DNA of 53,020 bases, from the IMG/VR virus record IMGVR_UViG_3300025101_000033, positions 1 through 53,020 of that record. The stretch is one strand, 5' to 3'. The stretch comes from a virus (taxonomy: Duplodnaviria; Caudoviricetes). Positions 44,689 to 53,020 of the stretch are shown piece after piece; position 1 is the stretch's first letter, and each line of letters opens with the position of its first letter. The notes beneath the pieces were generated by a model. It was given only the letters and a program-made list of their open reading frames with translations. It was not told where the DNA came from and did not search any database. The position numbers and the translations under genes are program-made.

Positions 44689-44876
44689 ATTTGCCCCTCG
44701 CTTTCTTTGCAGCATCGGCTTCCTTCTTGTATTCATCCATGGTTCTTTTTAACCACCAGCCTCTCAATCCGATTGGTAGACTATACAATTCCGAAATCGA
44801 CCAGCCACCATAATGTTTAAGGATAAAGAAAGCTTCGTAGACGCTTTCCATGTACTCATCGTTCAGGCCAAAAAAA
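44687..44876 (-). CDS. Tail/baseplate assembly chaperone C-terminal extension (gp51/gpT-like), probably reached by frameshift
   Basis: FFGLNDEYMESVYEAFFILKHYGGWSISELYSLPIGLRGWW; overlaps the upstream gene at a T7 run. Confidence 0.75.
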
Positions 44877-45683
44877 GTCAGTCCCGAGTGGAACTCTAAT
44901 AACCTCCTCGTTGCCGCAGTGCTTGCAAACAAAATTGGATTCTAGTTTGATATCTGGAGAGATGAGCTTAAATGCGTCGCGAAGAACTCTCGAATCACCA
45001 GCTGTGAGTTGATCAACGACTTGATCAATTAAAGTTTGTTGATCATAGCCATTGAAAGAAACAACAAAAGACTTCATTTGGTTTGTCAAAATGTTTTCGG
45101 TTGGATCTTTTTTGCCTTTGATCATTGCTAGTTCATCTTTACCTAGAAGAGGGCGAATAATTGTTACGATTTTACTCAAAGGCAATGTTGTCTTGAATGT
45201 TCCATCTCCGAGATCTTGAATGTCTAATCCTTCAATCTCATCTCCATGATAAAATTCATTGTTGCCTAGATTAAACTTGTATGCGCTCTTTTCACCGCAT
45301 GCTGGACATGCAACTTTGGTCTTGTATTCTTCTCCGTAAGCAGATGCTCTAGCGTAGATAATAATTGCGTTTCTATCTCCAACATAAAGTGATCTTGCAT
45401 CAATTGCATTGTCTTTAATTACGTTTTGAATCAAACGATCAATCGCGACACCTTGTTTTAGATAAGAACGATTCGTAAGAATGTCTTCGTCTTTTGCTGT
45501 CATGTATTTAATTTCAATGACATCTTTACCATGAAGCGGATGTCCTTGTGGATATCTACCTTTGGATGGAAGGTCGACAAATTGTGTCGGAGTTACAAAG
45601 TCCAATGGGTTTGCCATTGGCACTTCTTCTGTAGGTTGGGGCTTGTGTCCCTTTAATAAACGTTCTTCGTTGTTTCTTCTCAT
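44856..45683 (-). CDS. Baseplate hub/tail assembly chaperone (T4 gp26-like)
   Basis: VDLPSKG, MTAKDEDIL, GDRNAI...R..AYG..Y, CPACG, CKHCG, ending DFFWP. Confidence 0.85.
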   Translation of the reverse strand: MRRNNEERLLKGHKPQPTEEVPMANPLDFVTPTQFVDLPSKGRYPQGHPLHGKDVIEIKYMTAKDEDILTNRSYLKQGVAIDRLIQNVIKDNAIDARSLYVGDRNAIIIYARASAYGEEYKTKVACPACGEKSAYKFNLGNNEFYHGDEIEGLDIQDLGDGTFKTTLPLSKIVTIIRPLLGKDELAMIKGKKDPTENILTNQMKSFVVSFNGYDQQTLIDQVVDQLTAGDSRVLRDAFKLISPDIKLESNFVCKHCGNEEVIRVPLGTDFFWPER

Positions 45684-45700
45684 TGTTACCTCATTATAAT

Positions 45701-46294
45701 TTATCTAAGAATCGCATAGTCATAATCTATTGTTAAAGTGACTTCTACGGGTTCTATAGCGCCATACTCAACGCTTCCCCAATCAATTTTTGTTATGATT
45801 GGATTGTAAAGTTCCCACGTATCAAGGTCATTGCCTTTGTGGTCAATTTTTACCAGTTCAACTTTGCCATCGGCACCATCAGCACCACCAAAAACTCTTC
45901 CTCTAAAAAAATCTTTAACAGGAGTGGTCAAGTCTGCGAATCCACTATTTGTACCAACTGCTTCATCTTCTTTTGGTGGTCTATAGCCACTTTTCTTTAA
46001 CAACTCCCATGCAGCTCTCGTCGCATCAACCATGCTATCTTGAAACCCAGACTTATCATCGGGAACAAAAGTGTCGACAACCGTTACGCTTATTGCGTCC
46101 CACTTAACGACACCTGGATATTTGTAATAATGATTTATAAGTTTGAATTCTTGAGTTTCAACGTTAGCTTTAGGTAAATCGGCTGTCTTAACAGTTATAA
46201 TTGTTTTGCTATTAAATTTTAATTTAAAATTAAACTTTTGTTTAAGCTCTAACGATTTACCAGCGCCACCTAAGTCAGTACCCCACCAAGACAC
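45701..46294 (-). CDS. Tail tube protein paralog 2 (gp19-like)
   Basis: KQKFNF, DLPK, YPGVVKW, WELYNP, WGSVEY, LTIDYDYA. Confidence 0.85.
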   Translation of the reverse strand: MSWWGTDLGGAGKSLELKQKFNFKLKFNSKTIITVKTADLPKANVETQEFKLINHYYKYPGVVKWDAISVTVVDTFVPDDKSGFQDSMVDATRAAWELLKKSGYRPPKEDEAVGTNSGFADLTTPVKDFFRGRVFGGADGADGKVELVKIDHKGNDLDTWELYNPIITKIDWGSVEYGAIEPVEVTLTIDYDYAILR

Positions 46295-46303
46295 TAGTCA
46301 CCT

Positions 46304-46876
46304 CTATGAAGCTGGATTTGAAGAATCATAAAGAACCGGAGTTGCTTCGCCGTCAATCAAACATGTCGCCCAATCGTATCTGAAAGCAATTTGAACTTCA
46401 ACGAGTCCATCATCACCATACTCTAAAGAGCCAAAATCAGCTTTTGTTAGGATCGGATTCTTAAGAGTCCATTCTTCGATTGTAGTTCCATCGGCGTCAA
46501 TCTGCTTAATCTTAACAAAACCGATTGAATCAACCATTGAATTTTTTGAGAATGATGTCAATTGAGAATTTGGCGACCCGGGTACCTTGTATCCTGCATC
46601 TTCGACAATCTTGGTCAAAGCTCTAACTTGATCTTCATTACCGTCAGGGTCAACAAGAGTCATAGATACTTCTTGCCATTCAACTTTACCTGGAAAGTAA
46701 AATTTATGGTGTAAGAATTGATGTTCTGCTGTTGTGATGTCGTATTTTGGCTTATCGCATGATTTAGCCCACCATACAAAACCCAACTCTCCAATTTCGA
46801 CTTTAAATCTAAATTTTCTTTTAGGATCTCCGAAGTTTGCTCCTTCTGCGCCTAAGTCTGTTCCCCAAAATGCCAT
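46304..46876 (-). CDS. Tail tube protein (gp19-like)
   Basis: PKRKFRF, FPGKVEW, EEWTLKNP, FGSLEY, FRYDWA; ACTAATTA motif at 46900-46907. Confidence 0.9.
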   Translation of the reverse strand: MAFWGTDLGAEGANFGDPKRKFRFKVEIGELGFVWWAKSCDKPKYDITTAEHQFLHHKFYFPGKVEWQEVSMTLVDPDGNEDQVRALTKIVEDAGYKVPGSPNSQLTSFSKNSMVDSIGFVKIKQIDADGTTIEEWTLKNPILTKADFGSLEYGDDGLVEVQIAFRYDWATCLIDGEATPVLYDSSNPAS

Positions 46877-46910
46877 AATTATGTTCTCCTATTTAACTTT
46901 AATTAGTCTC

Positions 46911-49900
46911 TTAAACGAATTCCGCGCCGGTCTTTGTGATAACAAAATCAACAACGACAAATTCAATAGCACGAGCGGGCTTAACAAAAATCTTAGCGTA
47001 TAAGATGTTTCTATCAATCAAATCTGGTGTGGTAGTTGTCTCATCCAAAACCAATTTGTAATCTGATAATCCGAATCGTGCTCGAGCATCTGAAAGGATT
47101 GGTTCAACTTGTGATTGAAATCTTCCCCATGTAACAGGTAGGTTCGGATCGAACAACAAATTCTTCGCAACAACGTTAACTCGAGACTTCAAGTATAACA
47201 GTAATCTTCGAACATTGATTCTATCGAGAGCAGATGCGTCTGCTTGAAGAGTTTTTTGACCGAACACTACTACACCCTCAGCAGGGAAAGAAGCGATTGG
47301 GTTAACATTTCTTTCGTACAAACGATCTCTTTCTCTAGAGTCAACACGTCGTCTTGCCTGAAGAACCTTAGGACCTCTAGGGCCTCCAAGTGTTCCAAGC
47401 CCACCACGATTAAATCCTGCAGGTGCAAACCATACGTCAGTTTGTGCCTGAGACTTAGCCAATGCTCCAAGAGCAGCAACAGATGGCGGAAGCCATACGT
47501 ATTGTCCACCATTTAAGCTATCGACAGCTTGTACATACGGGAAGTAAGCAGCAGCATAAGAAGAGTTCAAGTTTCTTTGTTTAAGTTGATCAACAACTTC
47601 GTCAACACTACCAATAGAAGTATCTTCTGTTTGAGCAGATGTTCTCTCAGCTTGAGGCAAGTAGTCGCCTTGAAGGTCAATGATTGCCAACACGTCTTGT
47701 CGTGTCTCGGCAACATCAATCAAGCGATTAGTTATAACCGGTTTACGAACACCAGGCATGAGTAGCAAGTTTGCAGGAACAATTTCTGGATCCAAGATTG
47801 AATCGATTGCTTTGTTGATTGTATAATGAGTATAGTCAGCAGCATCATCTCTCGCAGAAGAGATACGTCCGTCACGGAGTGGCTCTTTTTCTGTGATGTC
47901 AAATCCTTCGTGTCCACCCCACATTGGCATCATGAACTGACGCACGTTTTTGTCGAGAAGTTGTCCGAAAGAATTCAATTGAGAATAAGATTTATCAACA
48001 GGCGCATTTGCGTCATAGGCACCAGATACATAAGTTACTACGTTTGTACTAGTGTTAATCTTGATGTCGTCCAAAGTGAACACATAAGAATATTCTAATG
48101 CCGCAGAGTTGGTGCTTGGATCATAAGAGTCAACATCGACAGGAAGTCTTCTCAAGTAATCAACATAATCTGGATCATTTTGATTTGATGTTGTTGAAAG
48201 TTTTGGACGGATTCCCCAGTAAGCACGGTATGGATTTGATGCCCCACCTTCTGTTCCATTTTGTCTCAATGGAATTGATGGGAATTCAAATGATGCAGAG
48301 TAAGCAACAGGTCCGGCAACAAATAGGTTAGATGCACCACCAGCAGCTGGCATAGCGAGATTACCTTTAACAAAAGCCTGAGCAAAGTTTGTGCTGTCGG
48401 TACCATCAGTACCAGTTGCGATTGTTATGCGTGAAAACGTATCGACGGGATCTGTAATTACAACATTGTAATAAGGACCAATCGAGTCAGCTACAATTGT
48501 AACAAGACCAGTTGAAGTTTCAGATGCACTATAGTCATCTATTGAGTTAATCAAAACAGCAACAGCTTGTGCTGTTAGAGTATCTGTGTTTGTTGTCGCT
48601 GGGTGTATTTCAGCTACCTTAGTGGTAGCATTGAAAGTTGTATCAGCTGCCCCCGCTGAAGCAACAAAATTAATTGTGTGAGCCCCTAGGTCTGGGTGAG
48701 TAAATACAATTTGATCACCGACAGCAAGTCCATCAGAAAAATCAATTGTTCTAGTCGCCTTAGCTCCATGACCGGTATCGGTTGCCAAGGCATTAGCACC
48801 GGTTGATCCATCCACAAGAGTAAATCCTTTTGGACGAACAGGGCCACGGAAACCAGCAGGAAGAAGACCTTGTCCACCGTTTTCTTGATCGATTACTGTG
48901 TCGATTTCAACATAAACTAAGTCAGATTGATTTTGGTATTCACCTTTTGTGATGTACCTTCTATCTTCTTCGTCCCATGATAAGAACTGGGTTCCAATTC
49001 TTTTTCCGATGTAATCTACAGAAGACTTGTTCAAGTTAACGCCTGTATATCTTTCGACTGTTTGTCCTGCCATGTTTTTGATGCATACCGTAAAAGATCC
49101 ATAAGGATTAACAACAGGGTTAGGGGATTCAGCAATCTCTTCGATTCCAACCATGTAATTCTTTTGGATGTCATCTCCAACATGTAATGTTTTCAAGCGG
49201 AACAATTGAACTTGATTCTTTTCTTGTTGAGAAACAACCCAACCAGATTGAGCTTCTTTCGCTCCCTCTTTGTGATCAGCCCAGTTAACAGAGCCAGATT
49301 GAAGAGGAAGTAAGATTCCGTATGCCGCACCGGCAACCAATCCATCTAAAGAGCGGTCAACTAGTTCTCTTGTAAAAGATTCACCAAGCCAATAAGTTTT
49401 TCTAGATGAAGCAGCAATTGTGTCTTCATTTACTAATTGAGGATTTGTGTTAAATGCGCCTCTAATGTATTGTGAGTGATTTCTATCAAAATTAAAAGGA
49501 ATTGTTCGTCCAACTTTTGTATTGCTTTCGTCATAGATTGCAAGTTTAAAGCCACAATTATTACCAGCAGACTTTAGGAACTCACCAGTTCTTGTAATAT
49601 CATTAGATCCTGACGTAGAATTTCCAACGAGGCCTAAGTAACCTTTGTTTGCGTAAAAAACAGCAGCCAATGATCCAGTCGTCATTGTGTTGGCCGACGC
49701 TGAAGCGATAACAAAAAGACCGTAAGCTGTACCATTTGTTGCATGGGCAGACCCCAGCGTACCAGAAACTTCCCAACCAGCCTTACCAGTTGTATTGTTG
49801 GAAGGTGTCACAGCTTGCTCTCCTGCAAGTCTAACGATTGTTATTGGTGATTCTTCAGATGCCAACCATGCTTGAGCAGCATAGGATGCATACGTAGGAC

Positions 49901-50138
49901 CAGTTGTGTTTCCATCACGCCACATGTCACCTTGTACACCGCTTCCACCAGGAACGGGTGCGCCAAATACTGTAATAAAGTCATCCAACGTGCGTACTTT
50001 TACGGGCTTATTAGCAGGTCCTTTTCTGGTGCGTCCAATAATAATTGGTCCTTCTGCTTCCACCTCGGCAGGGATGAAACTTTGGTCGATCTCACGGATT
50101 TCAACTCCGGGTGATAGAAAATCAAATTTTTTAGCCAT
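46911..50138 (-). CDS. Contractile tail sheath protein (gp18-like)
   Basis: FLSPGVEIREID, WFAPAGFNRG, NPIASFP, FGQKTLQ, SALDRINVRRLL, KPARAIEF. Confidence 0.97.
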   Translation of the reverse strand: MAKKFDFLSPGVEIREIDQSFIPAEVEAEGPIIIGRTRKGPANKPVKVRTLDDFITVFGAPVPGGSGVQGDMWRDGNTTGPTYASYAAQAWLASEESPITIVRLAGEQAVTPSNNTTGKAGWEVSGTLGSAHATNGTAYGLFVIASASANTMTTGSLAAVFYANKGYLGLVGNSTSGSNDITRTGEFLKSAGNNCGFKLAIYDESNTKVGRTIPFNFDRNHSQYIRGAFNTNPQLVNEDTIAASSRKTYWLGESFTRELVDRSLDGLVAGAAYGILLPLQSGSVNWADHKEGAKEAQSGWVVSQQEKNQVQLFRLKTLHVGDDIQKNYMVGIEEIAESPNPVVNPYGSFTVCIKNMAGQTVERYTGVNLNKSSVDYIGKRIGTQFLSWDEEDRRYITKGEYQNQSDLVYVEIDTVIDQENGGQGLLPAGFRGPVRPKGFTLVDGSTGANALATDTGHGAKATRTIDFSDGLAVGDQIVFTHPDLGAHTINFVASAGAADTTFNATTKVAEIHPATTNTDTLTAQAVAVLINSIDDYSASETSTGLVTIVADSIGPYYNVVITDPVDTFSRITIATGTDGTDSTNFAQAFVKGNLAMPAAGGASNLFVAGPVAYSASFEFPSIPLRQNGTEGGASNPYRAYWGIRPKLSTTSNQNDPDYVDYLRRLPVDVDSYDPSTNSAALEYSYVFTLDDIKINTSTNVVTYVSGAYDANAPVDKSYSQLNSFGQLLDKNVRQFMMPMWGGHEGFDITEKEPLRDGRISSARDDAADYTHYTINKAIDSILDPEIVPANLLLMPGVRKPVITNRLIDVAETRQDVLAIIDLQGDYLPQAERTSAQTEDTSIGSVDEVVDQLKQRNLNSSYAAAYFPYVQAVDSLNGGQYVWLPPSVAALGALAKSQAQTDVWFAPAGFNRGGLGTLGGPRGPKVLQARRRVDSRERDRLYERNVNPIASFPAEGVVVFGQKTLQADASALDRINVRRLLLYLKSRVNVVAKNLLFDPNLPVTWGRFQSQVEPILSDARARFGLSDYKLVLDETTTTPDLIDRNILYAKIFVKPARAIEFVVVDFVITKTGAEFV

Positions 50139-50173
50139 CGACAAATCTCCTTAAATAAAATTTTATTTCTTAT

Positions 50174-50181
50174 TAAATAGT
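50174..50181 (-). promoter_or_regulatory. Late-promoter-like motif ACTATTTA
   Basis: Intergenic, upstream of the sheath gene. Confidence 0.7.
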
Positions 50182-50203
50182 GGCTCTAAACTTCAAAGTC
50201 ACT

Positions 50204-51034
50204 TTAAAATTCTCTTGATGTATCTCTTTCCCATGGCTTTTCTTCGCCAACGATTACTCGCTCTCTTGAAATTTTTACATCCACTATACTTTCTTTTTTT
50301 ATAATCTTTGGTGCTTCTTCGTTTTCTCCGTCTCCTAGGAGATAACCAAGCACTCTAAGTTCAATTGTTGTTTTAAATTTTCTCTCTTCTTCCCCAAGGT
50401 TTGAGGAATTGTTTTCTTGCGCCATGCTTCCTTCGATAAATGTTTCGTATCTATGACCATCATATCTAGCAAAGAGGGCATTTAATTGTCCTGTTTTAGT
50501 TGCAAATGGAGTGACGAGGTCGTTCATTTGCTGTTGGTACTCTGTTGACAGAGTGATTGTGTATCCGACCTTCACCCATACCGGTATTGGCATGTATAAC
50601 TCTTCGTACACAACTTTTGGGGATTCGATTGGAGAATGGTGTTCATTTGATTTTAGGTTAGAAATTGTGGAGGAGAACTTTCTTGTAGATCTCTGCATTA
50701 TCCTCTTTGCAACAGGTCTCGGGTGTTTTGTGTAATCTCCTTGTCCTGTTGTCGGGTAATCGTGAGCTTGATACCCTCCTTTGAATGCGAAGTCTTTTTC
50801 AAACGATTTTCTCTGAATGGTAATCAAGGGAAGTTTTAGCTTACCAACAGAATCTCTAATGTCTTTTCTTTTTATGTGGTATGCTCTCTCCGGAGAAATC
50901 CAAAGAACGGGAACTTTTTTGAATCCATCGTTTGCTTTTGTGTGTAAATCAAACTTGTTATCGATTAAATCATAAATGGCAAGATCTATGGTTTCAATTG
51001 TTGAAGGCTTTAATGGAATTATCTTATCTTGCAT
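50204..51034 (-). CDS. Tail terminator/sheath stabiliser (gp15-like)
   Basis: Lies between neck and sheath genes; KVPV...PER, LPLITI.R, P.WVKVGY...QQQMN. Confidence 0.75.
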   Translation of the reverse strand: MQDKIIPLKPSTIETIDLAIYDLIDNKFDLHTKANDGFKKVPVLWISPERAYHIKRKDIRDSVGKLKLPLITIQRKSFEKDFAFKGGYQAHDYPTTGQGDYTKHPRPVAKRIMQRSTRKFSSTISNLKSNEHHSPIESPKVVYEELYMPIPVWVKVGYTITLSTEYQQQMNDLVTPFATKTGQLNALFARYDGHRYETFIEGSMAQENNSSNLGEEERKFKTTIELRVLGYLLGDGENEEAPKIIKKESIVDVKISRERVIVGEEKPWERDTSREF

Positions 51035-51509
51035 TGAATACACCGTCTCTTGCTCTAATACATTCGGCAGTTACTTCGAATCTGCTCTCAATTTGTCCAA
51101 ATAATTGTTTTGGTTCATTAATTTTTACTATCTCATAGTAAATACTGCCGTATCGGACGAAATCTCCTTCTCTTACAAACAAATTTTGATCCTCAGTCAA
51201 CCTTCTCTTGTGGAAATTAACTTTTAGACCAGTTTTCTTATCGATACCAACGCCTTCCATGAATTCAGTTTCAACACCCATGTATTCTACAAGAGCAAAT
51301 ACTCTAATTGGGTGTAAAAAGTTTTTTTCAATCGCCTCACCATACAGTGGATGAAAGTTTGTCCTTTCAACATCGATAGGGAAATACAAAATTTGCTGTC
51401 CGACAACTCTTTCGATGATTTCATCATTGACTTGTTTGACGAGGTTCTTTTCTTTTTCTCCAAGAAACATTGGAGCCGGTGGTTGCGTTGGTCTTTCCCA
51501 TTTTGACAT
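51024..51509 (-). CDS. Head closure/neck protein (gp14-like)
   Basis: HPLYGEA, REGDFV.Y, YEIV; follows the gp13-like gene. Confidence 0.8.
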   Translation of the reverse strand: MSKWERPTQPPAPMFLGEKEKNLVKQVNDEIIERVVGQQILYFPIDVERTNFHPLYGEAIEKNFLHPIRVFALVEYMGVETEFMEGVGIDKKTGLKVNFHKRRLTEDQNLFVREGDFVRYGSIYYEIVKINEPKQLFGQIESRFEVTAECIRARDGVFNAR

Positions 51510-51513
51510 TCAA

Positions 51514-52755
51514 TTATCCTACAAAAATCTTCAATGGCGTCTTCCCAATAATTGCATCAGTGTTGTCAATAAATGATTTGTCGGCTTCCGCAAGTTTAAT
51601 GTAAAGCATTTCGTCAAGTTGTTTATTCAACTCCTCTCGAAGAGCGGTTTGTTCGGCTTGCGCTTGAGACAATAGATCTGAGGCATTAAGGGTAACGTTA
51701 TCTCCCGGAATTGGGACGCTTCCTCCAAACTTACCACGAACCTGTCCAAGAGTTTCCTTTGATAGAGCCAAGGCAAAGCGACGAATCCATTGTTGACCAA
51801 TGGAATTGATTTTGTCGAATGGAATGTTTTCCATTGGCATTGTATTCATGTTATTGACACCGTCAACACCAGAATCGTACGATCCGGTTGCAAAAGCGCC
51901 ACTATCGTTTTCAACTGTAAATCTGAGCCAAAACTTTTCCGGAGACACGGAATCGGGTGTTGGATAAATTTTAAGCTTGTTGTCGTTTATTTCGTATGAG
52001 TAATGCGATGTTCTTGTATAAAGATGATCTTCGTATGCTACAGCTTGTGCTTTATTTTGCCAAGCAGGAATAACATTGAATGTTGAGTCATCGGCATATT
52101 GTCCATAGTTATGAAAATCACCAACAACGTTAAGTCCGCCATAGTACCCATAAAACCTCCACATTTGTCTTGGTGAAACATAGTATATTTGTCTAATTTT
52201 AATTCTTTTATTGCCCATGCCATCGTATGGGGTGTTTGCTTGAGAGGCTGACACTAGCTGTTGAAGATCATAATCTTGTTGATCAGCAACTCTGTCAATG
52301 GAAGCAGAGAATAAAGGTTCTGTTCCACCAACCAAGGCTTCTGAGGAAAACTTATCTCCAACTCTGAAAGCATAATCAAATTGAAACTTGGGATACTTAA
52401 GTGAAAGGTCATCTGTACCAGTTACAGTTCCCTTGTGATCAAAAGACCCCGTAGCGCTTCCTAGGGCGCTTCCTAAGGCGTTTCTAGCTTGATGGAGGTT
52501 CACTATGTAGGAATACTCTAAACAAGCCTCCTCGTAGTGATTATAGACGTTTACAGCCTTGATTTCAATGTCAAGGACGTCTCCACCTAATCTTTTAAAT
52601 GTGTATGCTACTTGCGCAGCGGCTCCAGCTTGAAATGCACTGTTGGCTCCATAGAAACCTATAGCCAATGATGCTTGAACATCTGCGGATGTTCCAGTAG
52701 CAGGTAAGGCAATCGCTGATGTGGTAGAAGTTGGTGTTAAATCGGGAAAAGCCAT
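51514..52755 (-). CDS. Neck/head-tail adaptor (gp13-like)
   Basis: LGGDVLDIEI, WIRRFALALSKETLGQVRGKF...IPG..VTLN; ACTAATTA motif at 52775-52782. Confidence 0.85.
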   Translation of the reverse strand: MAFPDLTPTSTTSAIALPATGTSADVQASLAIGFYGANSAFQAGAAAQVAYTFKRLGGDVLDIEIKAVNVYNHYEEACLEYSYIVNLHQARNALGSALGSATGSFDHKGTVTGTDDLSLKYPKFQFDYAFRVGDKFSSEALVGGTEPLFSASIDRVADQQDYDLQQLVSASQANTPYDGMGNKRIKIRQIYYVSPRQMWRFYGYYGGLNVVGDFHNYGQYADDSTFNVIPAWQNKAQAVAYEDHLYTRTSHYSYEINDNKLKIYPTPDSVSPEKFWLRFTVENDSGAFATGSYDSGVDGVNNMNTMPMENIPFDKINSIGQQWIRRFALALSKETLGQVRGKFGGSVPIPGDNVTLNASDLLSQAQAEQTALREELNKQLDEMLYIKLAEADKSFIDNTDAIIGKTPLKIFVG

Positions 52756-52788
52756 TTCATATCCTCCGTCTTCTTAATTAGTCTGAGT

Positions 52789-52823
52789 AAAGAGAAACCT
52801 CCGACGTAAAACATCGGAGGTTC
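52789..52823 (-). terminator. Intrinsic terminator
   Basis: AACCTCCGA-9nt-TCGGAGGTT-TCTCTTT. Confidence 0.8.
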
Positions 52824-52845
52824 AAAGGAATGTAATGAAACAATT

Positions 52846-53019
52846 CTATTCTTCTTTTTTAGCTTCAGCTTTTTTCTTTGGTGCTGCTTTCTTTTTAGGA
52901 GCAGCTTTCTTTTTAGCCTCAGCTTCTTTTTTCTTTTTGGCTTGTGCTTTAGCTTCTTCGACAGCTTTCGCCGCTTCTTCAAGCTTTCGCTTTACAGCCA
53001 TTCTTCTTCTACCAGACAT
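52846..53019 (-). CDS. Small Lys/Ala-rich histone-H1-like protein (start at the window edge, uncertain)
   Basis: Manual translation MSGRRRMAVKRKLEEAAK...KKKAAPKKKAAPKKKAEAKKEE*. Confidence 0.65.
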   Translation of the reverse strand: MSGRRRMAVKRKLEEAAKAVEEAKAQAKKKKEAEAKKKAAPKKKAAPKKKAEAKKEE

Positions 53020-53020
53020 A

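Noticed and set aside
2-52000. Numerous plus-strand ORFs of 60-130 aa in the track
   Set aside because: They are antisense shadows of well-supported minus-strand genes, with no RBS or promoter support and no recognisable motifs.
52737-52982. 81-aa Lys-rich ORF in the track
   Set aside because: It crosses a terminator and the late motif; the alternative frame 52846-53019 gives a coherent PKKKAA-repeat protein.
1-53020. Stop-codon reassignment, as seen in some large phages
   Set aside because: Long genes are intact in code 11, and TAA, TAG and TGA all terminate genes at sensible positions.
1-53020. CRISPR array
   Set aside because: No regularly spaced repeat-spacer units were seen; the recurring motifs are dispersed promoters.

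Overview
A 53 kb segment of a large T4-like contractile-tailed (myovirus) dsDNA phage, with essentially all genes on the minus strand in standard code 11. In the direction of transcription (high to low coordinates) it has three parts. (1) A neck/tail/baseplate module: gp13-, gp14- and gp15-like proteins, sheath, two tube paralogs, a chaperone with a probable frameshift, tape measure and baseplate proteins. (2) A replication and nucleotide-metabolism region: short PolA-like polymerase, divergent tubulin/FtsZ, tRNA-Arg(UCU), gp32-like SSB, DUF262-like protein, RecA, 5'-3' exonuclease, DnaB-like helicase, class II RNR, ThyX, UvsE, DnaE and dUTPase. (3) Accessory genes: a nuclease + adenine methyltransferase pair, GroEL, GroES, a J-domain protein, ClpP and an amidase endolysin. 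Two promoter classes are visible: about 15 near-consensus sigma70 promoters (TTGACA-17-TATAAT) and an ACTAWTTA motif ahead of structural genes. The most notable signal is a dispersed set of otherwise unrelated proteins sharing a short N-terminal leader (M-K/E-L/I-T/S-x-E-x-L-x-x-I-I-x-E, followed by L/I-x-E sites), mostly behind the ACTAWTTA motif. Behind the leader sit a SAM-lyase-like domain, a masked Tat-lipoprotein signal, a nuclease-like domain and basic Cys-containing modules. This suggests a capsid-packaged, protease-unmasked cargo system. All family calls come from motifs recognised by eye; no database searches were run.
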